A stretch of 62,473 nt of DNA, counting the filler, from Choristocarpus tenellus KU-1152 (Eukaryota; Protista; Phaeophyceae): assembly GCA_964200185.2 (NCBI GenBank). It is 8 parts of 8 records of this genome, joined end to end, with 100 filler letters (N's around TTAATTAATTAA, not from the genome) between each part and the next. Parts side by side here need not be neighbours in the genome. Positions count along the whole stretch, not along the records: positions 34,839 to 40,594 come from CAXNAD020009837.1; positions 40,695 to 51,934 come from CAXNAD020002432.1; 6 more parts are not named here. The stretch is one strand, 5' to 3'. Shown in pieces: positions 34,839 to 49,900 of the stretch. The notes under the pieces were generated by a model, which was given only the letters and a program-made list of their open reading frames with translations, was not told where the DNA came from and searched no databases. A program made the position numbers and the translations under genes. The number at the start of each line of letters is the position of its first letter. Positions within the stretch are counted from its first letter, which is position 1.

Positions 34839-37800
34839 CTTGGACTGGGAAGTCATTCCTTCAGTCGAATTTCTCTCCCCTCCCATATGTTCAAGGCTCT
34901 CATTCTTCAACTCTGTGGACGTGGACCCCTTCCCACCTGCTGGAATTGAGGAGGTGTTATCGCTGCTAGGGTCACTGCCACTGGTGCCAGTCCCTGGTTC
35001 AACAGCAGAGGCAGCGTAGGAAGCTGTTGTCGACGCAGCAGCAGCACCTGATAGTGCCTCCTTCTCAACTGAATATTCTTTTTCTTCTTCAGAGGCTGCA
35101 CCAACACCAACATCAACATCAACATCAACACCAACACCAACATCAACACCAACAGCGGTCTTGTCTCCTGTCCCCGAAGGCGAACCTTCTTGATTGATGT
35201 TGGTGTCAACTGTTTTAAAAAACAAAAAAAAGAGGGCGGAATGGGAACCGGCAAGCAAAGGGGGTAGTCTCTTAGACCTTGAATTAGGACCGATCAAGAG
35301 TAACAGCTGCACAAGGGTTCTCTTTTATACAGGTAGTTCAGGTTAAAGCGCAAGGCAACAGTGGTGATACTGCTGCGAGGCGAGCGCTATTGAAGTTTTG
35401 GGGGAGGAGGGGAGTGAAGAGTGTGGGGGAGGCTCAGTCCAACTCGATGAGAATCAAGGCACACACAGAGCAGTGTAATTAGTTGTTATAGTGGAACACC
35501 TAGTACAACTAAATTGAGTGTGCAGTGCCTCTGACCACGGGTCATGCTCGACCCAGACCAAAATGTAGGTAACAAATAATCCAAGTTGGTGTAGCAAAAC
35601 CTGCACGTGCTTATTTGATCATGTTTCTTCACAGCGATCAAACTGCTACCAAGTAAACACAGAGTACTTCACAGCAGCTTACTCAAAACCTTAGCCGACC
35701 CACAGCAGCTATTCAAAACGCACACTCACTTATACTAGTACATACTATAGTACATATTGGGCAACCCACTACAAGAAAAAAAAAAGTAAGGATGAGCAGC
35801 TGTACAGCACTGCAGCAAGGGAACATTGCCTGCGTGTAACCCCAAGCAGAGATACGAAAACACCCACCCTCACACATGCCCTCTCCCCCTCAGGAGCAGT
35901 AGCAGGAGAAGAGGGGAATGTAAAACACACACTTCTAAGTAGTTCTTGACATAGAGATAACCGCCTGCAATAGGTCGGGTTCCACACACACACCCAGACC
36001 CATTAGAGCAACAACACATAGAGCATCGGTCCAGCATCGGTCCATCGGAGCTGGTATTCATCACCGTAGAGACAAGAGACAAATTTTAATCCCTCCTTAA
36101 GACCTATTAATACGATGGCATTAAGGAATGCCTAAAGTTATCATAAGACAGGCTAACTGACCTTCCAATGACGTTGTTGTCCCAGCAGCTGCTGCCGCTG
36201 CTGCCGCCGCTGCCTCTTGCCTTTCTCGCCTTTCACGGGCCTTGGCGGCCATTTCATGGATTCCTGGCAAAGGCTTGAACATGGACCCCACATAGTTATG
36301 TGGGAACCTGCCAGCCAGAGGGGCATATGTAATCAAAATCCAGCAATGGTAAAATAATACACGTACTGAACCATGAGACGGATTCCCAGCGGGGGCTTCA
36401 ACACCATCATGACCCAAACCTCTTTTTCTTAGGCACATAGTGCCTGGGCTGTGGAAAGACATTGAGAAGAGGAGTTTGTTCTAAAAGTTGTGTCGAGATT
36501 TTTTCCCATTCATGATGTGCTGTTCAACAGCCTGAAAAAACACAAACCACAAGCATACCGGAGAACACTTAAGCAGTGAATCTGGCAAGTAATCCATCTA
36601 CGTGAGAACACCACAATGTACAACTAAGAGCTAGCTGAGAAAGTTAACACATTCTGATCATCATGAACCAAAAAGAGTGTCTAAGCAGCAGCACAAAAGT
36701 GTCGAGCCTTTCCCTCAACACTACACACCAAAACCGTAATGTTGATAAAATTGAGGGTGATGTACAAATAGAATCAGCTCAGAAACTATCAATGTACCCG
36801 CTTAATCTGAGCGTGAGCATAGCACAAGGCCAACGAGCCCATCGCCTTGGTGAGGAGACCCACAGGAGGCATGTTTTTAAAGATACTCTTACTCCCGAGG
36901 TCTCATACCACTAACACACACACACACACACACAATATTTCTTGTTTGAGAGACACTTCTATCTCATGCTTTGCTTGAAAGGCTAAAGAAGGGGTGGCTG
37001 AAAAGTTTGTAAAAAATTAACAATCTACTTGTAGCTACACAAGCCTGTCCGTACTGTGTGTACTCTTCATATCTTAGCCTTCGTCTTGCAATCCTCAGCA
37101 ACCCACTATAAGGCATCCTTCTCCAGTCAGGCGTTATGCACGAGCATGAACATGAGGAGTTCCACTATTTCTGGCCCTGCCCTGCATCATTCTTAAGTGA
37201 CTTTTTCCAAACATTTTGAGGACATATGTTGCATGCCTGCCAGTGTAATAGGAATGGACAAAATTCAGGAAGCAAGATTGACCGAGCACAGGAATCTTCA
37301 ACCCTATCCTTGCAACAACTCAATCAGGTCATTGTCTTGCTCACTCTGCACATCCCTTGATGTGAGTCCCATTGCCCCCTGCAAGGCCTCAACTGGTGCT
37401 GCCTGTTGGATATGCTCCCTGACTGTGAGTTCAACTACCCCAACAGTAGCAGCTAACTCCCCCAGTACATCGAACGAAATGCTTTAGCAACCCTCCCCCC
37501 CTACCACTTCCGGTGGAACTGACCCATTTTGAGCATGGGCGGTGGATGAACATTGCTCCATCAATAGACATCAATAGACATCAATAGCCATCAAGCCAGG
37601 TGGTTCTGCTATGCCCTGTCTTGTATGGTCCATGCAACACAATAGTCGCAATAGTCACAATAAATACTACTTCAAGAAAAAAAGGGAATGTTGTATACAT
37701 GGACCAAAACATCATCAGGAAGCTCTAATCGTCTCGTCCCGCCTAATTTCCCAAGGCCCCTGCCTGTCTCTCTGCAAAACATCCTTAACAACTCAGCTCA

Positions 37801-40410
37801 TGGCACAATCCTGCAAAAGCTTCTACAGCCCTGGTCTAGTTCTTCAAAAAACATTCTTCCACATCCAGCTCACAGCCTGCCTGCCCCCATCACAGCTTCC
37901 TGGTCCAGCATAAAGCCCTGTATTTTCCTCTTTCCAGGTTGTGAGTTATTTGTTATTTAGGCCAGGAATTTGTTCTCTAGAGCTCGGATCCATCCCCACC
38001 TCTGTCTTTCTTTTGTTGTCATCCCCCTCATGATAACAAAGACACACATGAGGATGATACACATGAGGAATGGCGTTCCCAGCATGTGGAGAGATTGGAC
38101 TTGTTGGCTACACCATGTCCTCAAATCAACATCATCGGAGTCGTAGACACATTCATGACCTGATTCAACATCATCAGAAATATTGCATCTCTGCACATAG
38201 TATCAAGAGTAGAAAGTTAACCAAGGCCTTTTTTTGAACTACAGACCAGTCCTGTCAAAATATCTGACCACCTTGGACCAGGCCTGACAAAGAGTATTGG
38301 TACAAAGCGAGCCTACAACAAATCCTGTAAAAATATCTGATAGACAGTTCCAGGTCAGTCTTGTCAAGAAGTGTTGGGTTGTTGGGCCAACCCTTCAGCC
38401 CTGCAACGAAAAAAATTGTTGAGAGGAGAATCCACAGTGAGAATAATACAAAAAACTATAATACTATCAACAGTGGCTATGACAGCTGTTCACTCCAGGT
38501 TGTGCTGGCACTGACAGGCTCTATCTCCTCACCCCCTTCCTGTAAGTAATGTTATCATACAGTCTCTGGTATTGCGCACCTGCTCCCCATTCTGAGCATT
38601 ATGTGCTTGCCCTACCTTGGCACCATCCATGTCCTCATGATCATTATGTGCACCCCACGAGTTGCTGCAATCTGTGTCAACTCATTTCGACTCTTATCTT
38701 TTTTCTTTGAAAGCTGTTCCTCCCAAGCATCTAATTGCAGTCTCATTTCTCGAGTGTTTATCCTACAGGTTACTACTAGTCAGACTACAGCCTGGCCCAA
38801 TGAGTGTCCCTCTATTATTTTATACCTAGCTATTTTCCACAATCCAGACAACTCAGGAGCAGCAGAAACTGAAATAATGCATGCCCTCTGATATTTTGCA
38901 AAATTTTCGAGGGGCAAAGGTAAGGGCACAACACACGTTCATTAGTGTCAAGCATTAAATCGCAATCGACATAACCCTTTCACGGATGTGTGCTGACTGC
39001 CTTTGTGTCCATACTCTCGTCAAAGTCTTGTTGAGGACTTCAGGTGTCAGCAGCCCGTTTCCACATCCAAGGCTCCAAATAGTGCAACTCTTGTTACAGC
39101 TTCTTACTGGAAGAATATACAAAAAAAAACATATACTTTCACATTTCAACACTTCAACATTTTGCAGGATCCACACAATTCACAATTAATACACGGACAG
39201 ATCGGGGATTAGATAAGAGCAGGCCCAGTTAAGTTTTCTGACACCCCACGGATTATCACCATTGCAATAACTTATAGCCCTGGATCGATTATGTTAAAAC
39301 GTGTGACACCCTAGACCACAGCCCTATAAATGTTGGAACGGGGCTTGCTGACGGAATGGTCCGTTCGCATTTTCCCAAACTGATGACAAGCTATCGTGAA
39401 GAATGGTCTACACACTTGTTTAGAATCATGTTGAGCTCACCACTGTTGTGGTTCCAAGAGGTATATGGGGATCTAAAACTAAGGTAAAGTGCAGAGTACA
39501 ACTGACCCCCCAACTTTCTGCCAAAGCTTGTATCTGGCCCTAAACAAGACGGAGAGTTTGATACCTCCCGCAAACTCACCACCCTTCTTTGCCCCCCTTC
39601 TCTAGCTTTCCCCAGCTCCACATCTCCTCCTTCTCCACCACGGTGATCCGATCGCCAACCTATTTTGTAAGAGAGTGGGCGGGGCAAGCATCATCTCGAA
39701 TCAGTATGATGGGATCTGCATCTGCATTGGTGCTTCAAACTCAACCCAACCCCAAGGACACATTTACTTTGTCGGTAACTCCCTGTCACAGCTTACTTCT
39801 TAACACAAACGCAGGCCCCTAATTCCTTTCGCCTTTGGACGCCTGGGTCCTCCTAATACAAAGTATTTTGTACAGGTACACCGTGGAAGGTGGTCAATAC
39901 CAACATCTGCTTGCACCAACTTTGTTCAACATTCTGGATTTCGCAACTACACGCATCACCAACACACTCGCAAAACCCAAAAAAGAAGAAATCCCTCTGT
40001 AATTCAGAGTGGAGCTCAGCCATACTTGGAAATAGTGCTGACTTCGAAGTGAGGAGATCGTTCGACCTATGAGGTAAAACGCATGAGTCAGCCAAAAAAA
40101 AGTATGGTTTCTTCAATAGGCCAAAATTAATATCACTCGGCACCAAAGGTCTCACAGTAAAGGACAATTGCTTCAGTTCGTCATCTCCCTGAAATGGGTA
40201 AGATGCAGTGACCGTTGCCCCGGTCTCGACATCCAATTTGTAGGGATTGGTCATCTGGGGAGCTGCCACAACTTCCTTCTCCCCTCCATTCTCTTCCCTA
40301 ACAACTGCAGCTCCATCAGTATTGACCAAGGACGTCGCGACAGCTCCCACTGGTCTGTAGGCAACGCGTTGATTCTCCGTAACGGGAGCGACATCTTCTG
40401 TTTGGCCACC
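34839..40410 (-). CDS. SH3-domain protein with low-complexity tail (partial, spliced)
   Basis: Exons 40410-40156, 39659-39580, 36307-36162, 35209-34839 (runs into gap) rebuild a complete SH3: ATVTASYPFQGDDELKQLSFT|VGDRITVVEKEEMWSWGKLEKGGKEGW|FPHNYV, then poly-Ala and S/T/G/E-rich sequence. Confidence 0.85.
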
Positions 40411-40594
40411 CTGATCCATACCCCTCAACCCACACGTATAATTGAACCTTCTGTTAATAATTCAGAATTCAGCGTTTAAAAAATTAGGTTGAGGATCACC
40501 TCACCGCACGGCATCACTCACTACTATTTTGTTTTGTTTTTAATACTATTGTCAGGGACAGGTTCCTTTTTGGGATCTCCGACACACACTGTAT

Positions 40595-40694
40595 NNNNNN
40601 NNNNNNNNNNNNNNNNNNNNNNNNNNNNNNNNNNNNNNTTAATTAATTAANNNNNNNNNNNNNNNNNNNNNNNNNNNNNNNNNNNNNNNNNNNN
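40595..40694. other. Artificial contig spacer
   Basis: N44-TTAATTAATTAA-N44. Confidence 0.98.
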
Positions 40695-40918
40695 CCCCCC
40701 TCCCCCCAGATATTTTGGGTCATTACATGTTCAAGAAGCTGCACTCTCCCCCACTTACTTAATTTCTCATTCTGAGAGTGTCTGACAAGCAAGGTAAATT
40801 GAGATATGGAGACCGGTTTTGATACAATCCCACATCCACAACTGATGTCAATCATCTGTGCGGTCCCATTTGACAGAATACTCCTTAAGTACTATACCTG
40901 CATTCAAAAATATCTTAC

Positions 40919-43900
40919 TTGACTCAGGTCGTCTGCAGGAAGTCCCTTTCCTTTCCACACCAGTAGCTGCGACTCTGTGGACAGTAAGCTACGGAATGAG
41001 AACGGAGAATTGAGACCTAGACTATCTGACCAGCGATCCAGCATGGTCCGCCGGACGTTCTCTGGGTGCCTGTTGGAGTCATACCATGATGTAGTATTCG
41101 ACATGTCAGCTTGGGCAAAGAGTTAATCACTAAGGCATTGCATAGGAGGGCGTTTTTTTTCTATTCTGGGTTGGCACTGGATTGATTTAACTTGTTGAAT
41201 GACGTAACCAACACTTGCGACTTGTTTGGCTGAGACACATCCCAGTTGTATGTTGGGTTAGCCATAGCTGATATGCACTTTGTCAGAGGTGGAAGCATGC
41301 CAAATTTCTATTCTTCTACGAGACAATTCTGCCACACTTAGAATATTCCTCATAGGTCAAGAATATATTGATTGTCAGCAATATGTGAGACAGAAACCGA
41401 ACAGATAGGGTAAGGGAAATATCCATACTATTTTGTAAATATGCCAAAATGATCCCTTGACTATTTTATAGGTGAAGAAGTTGTCATGATATGATACTCA
41501 CTACCACCTCAATCATGGCATTACTCTTGAGTAATGTACTATTATGAGGAGTGTCAACTGTAGATAAGAAACAAGAACATGAGATGGAGGAAATTCCTGC
41601 AGCACTTGCCTTGCCCTGAGCTCAGATCATTGCAAGGGTTGTACATCATATGCAAACATGCGAGAGTATTTTCTTTGTCAATGCCATTCCTTTCTCACCG
41701 AACGAGATACGTGGCAAATCCAGCAGCGATCAGCATCTTGAGTGGCAGTGTTGAAATGTCTTTGCGTAGAAAACTTGCCTGCTGCTGCCAGCGGTCCTGT
41801 TCCCCTCCAAGCTGGGATACCAGCCTCTGGGCTTTGTTGAGTATCCCCTGGGCCCTTTCTAGTCCAGTACGGAGTGTTTCAGCCTCTCGGGTTCTTGAGA
41901 GTCATGGACAGGAATACGTTGCACAAGCATGAGGTACGTTACACAAGCAGTGAGGGTGAATTGCAGGTGTCAAGAAACAGAATTTAGATGTGAAGTGATC
42001 TTGAGACTGTGAGCCCACACTGGGGGTGGATTCAACTGAGGGTAGAAGTGGAGTTGAGGAAAGATTTGTCGTTTTGGACTTGGACCATGGTCTGAAGCTG
42101 ATCTCCTCTCTCTATGCCACCGACAAAAAAATTCCTGATGCACAAAAAAGAAATGACTGGATGACTCTTGCACAAGAGCAAAAAGTAATGTAGAGGAAAT
42201 ATTTGTTGCTGCATGTGAAGTATAGTATATTGCACAATGGAAATGGTAATGGTGAATTTAGAAACACACTGGGTCATTCACCATTTCGTATGGATTACTC
42301 CGTGTGTTGTGCTCCAAGTAGAGCACCATGCTAATGTAGAACCGAATCGATACCTCAAACTACAAAATTCCCCATTCGATACTTCTCGGCACCTTGTGCA
42401 GTTTCTTTATACCCTTCCCCTATCCCATACATACCGCCCCTAGCTACTTCCCTGAGGATTGGCAGAAAATTTCACTATTACATAATCTGAACATCAACAA
42501 CAAGAGTGAACGTATCTTAGAGGGTACGAGATTCGGAGTAGGAAAAATGTATACATTATGAAAAGGTGTGTCCGGAACAAGGATATTGACACTTGCTAAC
42601 AACCGCAATAGCCCAAATTTCATCAATATCGCAACACTGGATTTTGGCCCCCAAACGGACGCTACTCTATCCTCTAAGATACATTGACTCACAATAAAGG
42701 TCATGTCATGGATATACCTGAAAAATGTCCTCCAACTATTTATTTTATGGTAACAATGGATGAAATCAAAGGAAAAAAAACACTAAAATTTGGTTGCACC
42801 TTTGAGAAAACTCATCCTTCAATTGGGAGGCCCTTCGGTCAATTGCAGCCATCTCATCCTCACATTGGGTCAGTCTGTTGTAGGGGTAGATGTGTGTGGG
42901 CTTGTCAGACATGTGGAAGAATGAGGTGGGAAATATTCTGCTCTATAAGACCTTTCTAGATGACGTGATGTTAGTACGGTGTGAGTTATCACTAAGGGGA
43001 AAATGCAGGATGGCATATTTTCTTTTCAACAGATTATAATTAAACTATCTGGCTGTAGGAAGAGGACATCTGCCACCTCACTACAAATGACTGAGTAGTT
43101 CAAGATTTGTTGAATAAGCCATAAACTAGATTGGGATGAGTACTGTACACTGGACTTGCAACCCAGTCATTTGCAACTCTTCTCCCAACAGTGTCCGACC
43201 TAGATTGAGACTTCTCAAGTGCTCGAACTGCCTCTTGCAGCTCCTCTTCAAGCGGATGTATCTTTTCCAGGATGGTAGAGTACCTGATGCAAAGATTGGG
43301 CAGTGGGGTGTGCACTTTATTGGATCAGGGGAAGGTTTGTTCAGTATGTCTGCAACACGGTGGCCTTGTACCGTTCTTCTTGAATCTTGAATACCAACCC
43401 CTATCTCTAACTTTGACGCCTGCCCTGACTTCATATGCTCCCATTCAAACTCGAGATGCTTCTTGATTGAATAATTGACATCATAGCAACTGATATTGTC
43501 GGTGTGGTCGTGTTTACGTGTCAATGATGAGAACACTTCTGTCGACGTATTAAATCATTCAATGATGGGAAACTATTTTTTGAGCAATGCGTATAAAAGA
43601 GCTACTGAGCTCTCCAAGCCAACAACACCAAATCCATTAGTCTATCGATGCAGACTAACTACATACCATGTCAAGACATCAAAGAGCTCACTTGATATTT
43701 GCTTTGACCCAGGTGGCAAGTGGTGCAGCTGCCACGCTTACCCTGTATATATTTGCATGCTCGAAGCTAGATGCTTTCTGATGTAACAACTTACTGACCT
43801 GCCTTGGCAGTTGAGGGGGTGGCCTTAAGTTGGACCATTCAGAAGAATCACAGGAATTATGGGTAGGAACAGGTAGATAAACAGTGCAAGACTGCTGATG

Positions 43901-46900
43901 ATAATCTGTTGCTGAAGGTATCAAGTCCAAACAAATCCAAACAAAGCCCAAAGGCCAATAAATATACCTACAAAAATACTTACACCAAGTGAGCTATTCA
44001 TCTACGAATTCAAATCAAGTGAGCCTTGGTCATGCAGAGTCAACAGTTTCCATGTGCAGAGCCCATTCATGCCTCAAGGGTTATTTTTCTTAGTTAACAT
44101 ATTATTGCTTGGTAATTAGAACTGTTAGGTGTTGGACAGGAATGGAAGAGGTAAATATATTGTGTGTCGTGGGATCAGGACAACGGATACATTGTTGTAC
44201 TTTAGAGGGAGTGAAGCTGTACCAGCTAGAGCCTTCACCTTGGGTGGAATCTGGAAGTGGATAGGCATCATGTTGATCCGTCTCAGAATCAGGATGCTTC
44301 ATTGAAGTTTTTGCATTATCTTTAGTCAGCAGTATTCTACTTGTGCATTTAACTCTACAACACACGATTTTGAAACATTCACAAACCCTTAACCCATTCT
44401 TACCTGAATTCCATATTTCCTTGGGGAATTTGAATGGCTGAGAATATGATAAAACCATTTGTATCCGAGACTATTATGTCCCACCTACCCGTGAGTACTA
44501 GTTACTACCACACCTGAGCACGCAATTGGGGGTCAATCCTGTGTGCATCAAAGTTGAGGATGTCATCTTTTATACCACGGTTTCCAAGGAACTTCTTCAT
44601 GGAGAGCCATGAGGTGTCTCGAATACCCAGTAACATCAACACAGCTCCAAGAACATCAGCAATTGGCTCTGGGGGCATTTTTAAGGACCTGTTGCGCATG
44701 ATATACTTAGTGTAAGAAAGCATCATGGAAAGCTGACAAAATCAAGCAACCAAAGATGTTGTACCACTATTCTCAAGGGGTTGATTGTGTGTTTCAATTT
44801 TTTTCGTTTTCTGATGAGATTGTGGGATAGGTTGGATCATCATTGGAAGAATGTATTTGAAAGGTGCCTGTTGATGAGTATTCTTTGGTTGTGACTATAT
44901 TACTTGCCAAGAAGTATATAGTTGATTGTGATTAGATATGCCTCCAAATTGTGGATATATTTTTTCAAAGGTCGACATATAATACAACTGCAACGGTGCC
45001 CTTGAATAAACTCTGTTAATTGAATACCAACCTCTGCAGTCAAACATAGGACCCTTGGTGGGAGAACTGCAACCAATGTTTAGAGCTCTAGGAGACAGAG
45101 CAGTGATTGCAGGTGCATATTCTAAAATATTTGAATATGCATTCGTCCAGTATCAAAATGTTAGGTTCCCGCTAGGGTGCCAACTGCATGCCCCATGAAA
45201 GTAATTTGTACACCACTACAGTTTCCTTACAGTATGGTTCTAGTAGTTCTGTTTTCTTGATAACAGAATATCATCTGACATATATATATATATATATGTG
45301 CTGGTCCAGCTTTAAATGGTACCGTGGTGGTCAATTTGTTCAGTCATGCAGGTGAAACGTACCTTCAAATTTTGTAGGGTGTTGTTCAATGTGGTGAAGG
45401 GAGACAGGAAAAAGAAGAAAAATATAATATTGTATTGCTTGGTTTTGAACTACATCCAGATCACATGGGAATATTTTCAATGAATATCATCCCCATCTGT
45501 GTGAAAGCCAAGGTGATCTTCTAAGTCATTTTTTTTTTGTTCTCTTTTGTACAGTCAAGTAACTCTTCAGAAAATTGATTAAGGGAAGTGGTTATTTTGG
45601 GAAGGGGCTCTGCTAAAATCAAGGATGATCTCCATACCATGTACCACAAAGTAAGATTTCAATTGTCGGTACTAGCAGGCCCTGACAGAGGATATAAATT
45701 AATTCCTAAGCCTCAGGTGATGCTACAGAATAACACGTTGTGGGATGTTAAACAGCAGTACATGCAGGTGCATGGGTATGATGATGGTCAGAGAGACAAC
45801 TTTCACTCTAATGGGTGGGCGATGCTCGTGAATCTCTTGTCGACCACTCAGCTAGGGCTCACCTGATCTCATTAATATGGTCAGATTTAATCTGACCCAC
45901 AGCCTGCTTGGCACTGTCCAACACTGGCTGAATTGAACTTAGTTCCTTTTTGTGTGTGGGAAGTATGTGTGCAATAGGTGGTTGAAGGGGGGACAAGGGT
46001 ATATGTGAACTTCCTGGAGTAGGTGCTTGAAATTTGCACAGAATCTGACAAACCCAAAATTAGTACTGGAGCAGTAAATCGCATCCAAAACGCAACACAA
46101 TCTACTCAACTATTCATGCAATAGTGTTCAAATTCATAACCAATGAATACACAACTCAAATCGCTCCATACTCTGAGGCCTTCTCAGGACTCGGACTCGT
46201 TCCTGAATCCAATCTGATGACCTATTGGTAATATTTTCTCCCTTTTTGAGTGAATGTTTGGCCCTGTTCGTTGTATATTTGGGGCTTGGCTTCCCATGGG
46301 TTTTTTAAATGGCATTTTCCTACTCCAAAATGTTTCGGAGTAGGCAAAATGTGTACGACATGAAAAAGTGTGTCTGGAACAAGGATATTGACACTTCCTA
46401 TCAAACACGATAGGCAAAATTACATCAAAATCGCAACATTGTATTTTGGCCCCCAAATGGACTCGGCTCTACCCTCTAAGGTACTTTGGCTCTTTGCATC
46501 TTCTGCAGGTCTACTCCTTCTCTTCTTTTTAATTTTGTATCCATGCTGCTTTGCACTCCTCTTTATTGCAGCGCCTTACTCCAGAGCACAAAGTTCTCCA
46601 CCCTCTTCATTCCCTAACAAGGAATGTGCCATGATCACACCATTTCTCACTTGCTCAATATCTTCTTTCCGACATTTGGTGGCCTTCTCATTGACTGCAA
46701 GATCCTCCTTTAGCCGTTCTACTTCACTCTTGCGCAAACTTGCCTCTGACAGAGCGTTTGTGATCTGCTCCATAGCGTTATCTGCAGCCACCTGTAAGGT
46801 ACCCACAATCATCAGTGAACCCCAACCCAAACAAGCATGAGAGGTACAAGGACTGTATATAGCTTGAACTATTTTGTCAGTTGTGATTTTGCAGTTGCTG

Positions 46901-49900
46901 ATATATTGTTTCCTATATACTGCATCTTGTGTTTTTCATGTTGCCACTCCTTTAGAAATATACGGAAGGACTGAGGAAGGCATGACATGTGGTGCAAGCA
47001 GTTCAACATCAATGTTCTACTCTCAAGATGATGTTCATGAGATGGTCCTATGAAAGTGTGGAAAAAGTTCTTTGAAGATGCAATAGAGGTCATATTATAA
47101 TAGTATATGGACTAGTCAGGACCATTAGTTCTAATACTCAATCATCTCTATCTCAGGATTCATCTTGTCAAAGGTTATTGCCCCTAACACTCAGTCTTAG
47201 TGCAGAGGTGTTAGTTGCATACATTGGCAAAGGGAGAAAAAAGAACTATAATTTTTCACAAATCTTTTAGGTTGACCAAAAAAACTGTTTGTTGAGGAAA
47301 AGTGAATCCTTGAAATTCATGAGAGGAAGTGGATCTATGTATTGATCTGCTCAGTAATTCAACATTTTGGTGAGGATAGAGACTGTAACAGGGGGTAGGA
47401 ACAAAGTAAACAAAGAGAGAAGAGGAAGAACGCCTAGATGTCATGCAAGGAACAACGACAAGAATGGCAGAATCATATACTTTCAGGGCGAGACCTCCTA
47501 AAATAGTCTTGAAGATACCAACTAACTACTCAGACAAGACAAAGATGGATTGTGAGGAGGCGGGTGGGAGAAGACTGTGGGAAGGAGTATGTGCACCTGC
47601 GCAGTTTGCAGCTCTTTTTGCTTTGTTGCAGCGCTCTTGCTGAGATCGTCCACCGTAGAAGAGGCTTGTTCCAGCTTATCCAGGCCAGCTGTGAGATGGC
47701 CAAGTTCCTCTCTGAGGGAAACCTTATTTCAGAAGGGGTCTTGTGTCAAGCAGTTGTAGGGAAGGGAGCTAGATATGGATCCCAGCTTGATAAATCCCAG
47801 CTCCCATGCACTTGGAGTGTGAGCTGGTGCTTACATGAGCATACTTCCTCGTGCTCAATTTCACGAACAACTGCAAGCTCTGGAAAAATATGTGTAGCAA
47901 GATTCTTGGATAGAAAAATAGGTTACACTCCTTACTACCCTTAGATGTCGTGTCTTAAGCACACTCACTGGTGCACAACTTCAAAATTTGAGGGTGAGAG
48001 GCAGGCAATCTCATGTGTTCTTTTTTTAAAGTGTTTGACAAAAATGCATATTTTTTTGAGAAAACCAGATATCTTGTAAGACAAAGGGAAAGAAAAGAAA
48101 TCTGTAAGGACTTGAGACACTGCAATTTTTCTACTCAGTTCATGTGAGACCAGAAATGAAGGCTAAGACATACAGGGTTGCTTCGTACTGTTTGAAGAAA
48201 TCATGCACAACTTTCAACCACCGATATCGTTGCAATGACGGGTTTGATTCCTACTCTGGTGGCAAGGGACCAGGAACAACATCTAGCCAAGTTATCCCTG
48301 ATTATTCATCGACCCTCCAATCTCTAAGTGTATTGCCCTTCCGTTTGTAATCAATAGGGCTAGTGAGATACCTTCTTGGACTCATGCATTGCAAACCAGC
48401 TCCTGAGAAATGATATATACTCCATTGGGGTGGCTGAGCCAGAGGAGCTTGTTGCCCCTGTGCTCTCAATATCGGAAATGCTTCCACTTCCCCCTCCTGA
48501 TCCGTGACTGGTGCAGGACTCGTGGATCCCAACAATCTTCTCTGCCAGCTCATCAGGCGAGAGGGCTGAGAGCCCATTGGGGTTTATTTAGAGACCACAG
48601 AAGCAACTTCGGTGTATAGGCTGACGAAGTCTAGATAAATGGGTTTGAATTTGTTCTGTTGGTGGGATTCTTTTCTTTCTTTCCAGTATTAATTTTTCTT
48701 CATTTATATATCTTCAGTTATTTTTATTTCACTAGTTTTGTTTTTATTTTGTTGTAGTTGTTTCGTTTTCTCAACCTGTCATCCCCATCCTAGAAGAAGT
48801 ATGGCAGGCTGGGGGCAATATAGCATATATGCTGTAGTACACACGAATGACGTTTCGGAACGTACAGGAGGGATTAAAGAATTTCTGGATGGTTGGTGCA
48901 TCTGCTCTCGTCCTCAGGTTAAGTTGAGTCGGCAGGAGCTGTAGGGAGTCGATTGAAGGAGCATGAAAACAATCACTCCCCACTACAAGAAAAGCAAGTT
49001 TGGAATGTTTGATCATCTAAAGTAGTATAACAAATATATACTCGATCACTACGGTTGTACCTCTGCTACCCCTATAACTCCATTCTTCCTCTTCCAACAG
49101 TTTTATGAAGTTCTCCCTGAAAGAGATACTGATCCGACTTGAACCCAATGACACCTTTCCCACCCCTACCTGCGTTGCTGTCCCCAATGGAGAGTCCTTC
49201 ATGCTTGCTTTCCCCACGACCAGCCTTCCCCTCACCTCTCTCATCCGACATATACCTGAAATGCAAGATTTCTTGTGTTAGAGTGGCAGACATAAACTTG
49301 AGTGTTACACAGGAGAGCACTTGCCATTCCTAGTGCCTTGTAGTGATGTTGTTGCATATATCGCTGTGGCATGTTATTGTGTGCTACAAAATGAAGAAAC
49401 TAGGTGGAATACTGAAACAAATTGGTCACCAAGCTTTAGCGCATTCGTCAAAATTGGCAAATAAGGAATGCTCCACCTAGACATATGGATGGAAGCAATA
49501 TTTGTAATAGTGTGGTACTTAGAAGTTTATTGTATCCAAAATATATGCATAAGCCCAACTGTACTATTGGCAGAAGATGGTTGATAGGGTGGAATACTTC
49601 ATTTAGCAGACCTTTTTATGATGTATTTGTGAATAAAACAGTTGCCAAGATCCAATGCCAATTGTGTAACACAGTATCTAGTTGACAGGATCCTGAATAT
49701 TGTTCTGGGAAGAAAAGCAGGCGATGCTGCATTCAACAGACCGCTTCCCAATACTTTTCTACATGAAACGTCCGCCAGGAAGTAAATTTGTCTTCTTTTC
49801 TTTGATTTGGTGGAAGCATATAGCCACAATCCGGAAAAAGTATAATTGCTGCAACAATGACATTGTTGTATGCCAACTAATAGTATAGACAAATTACAGG

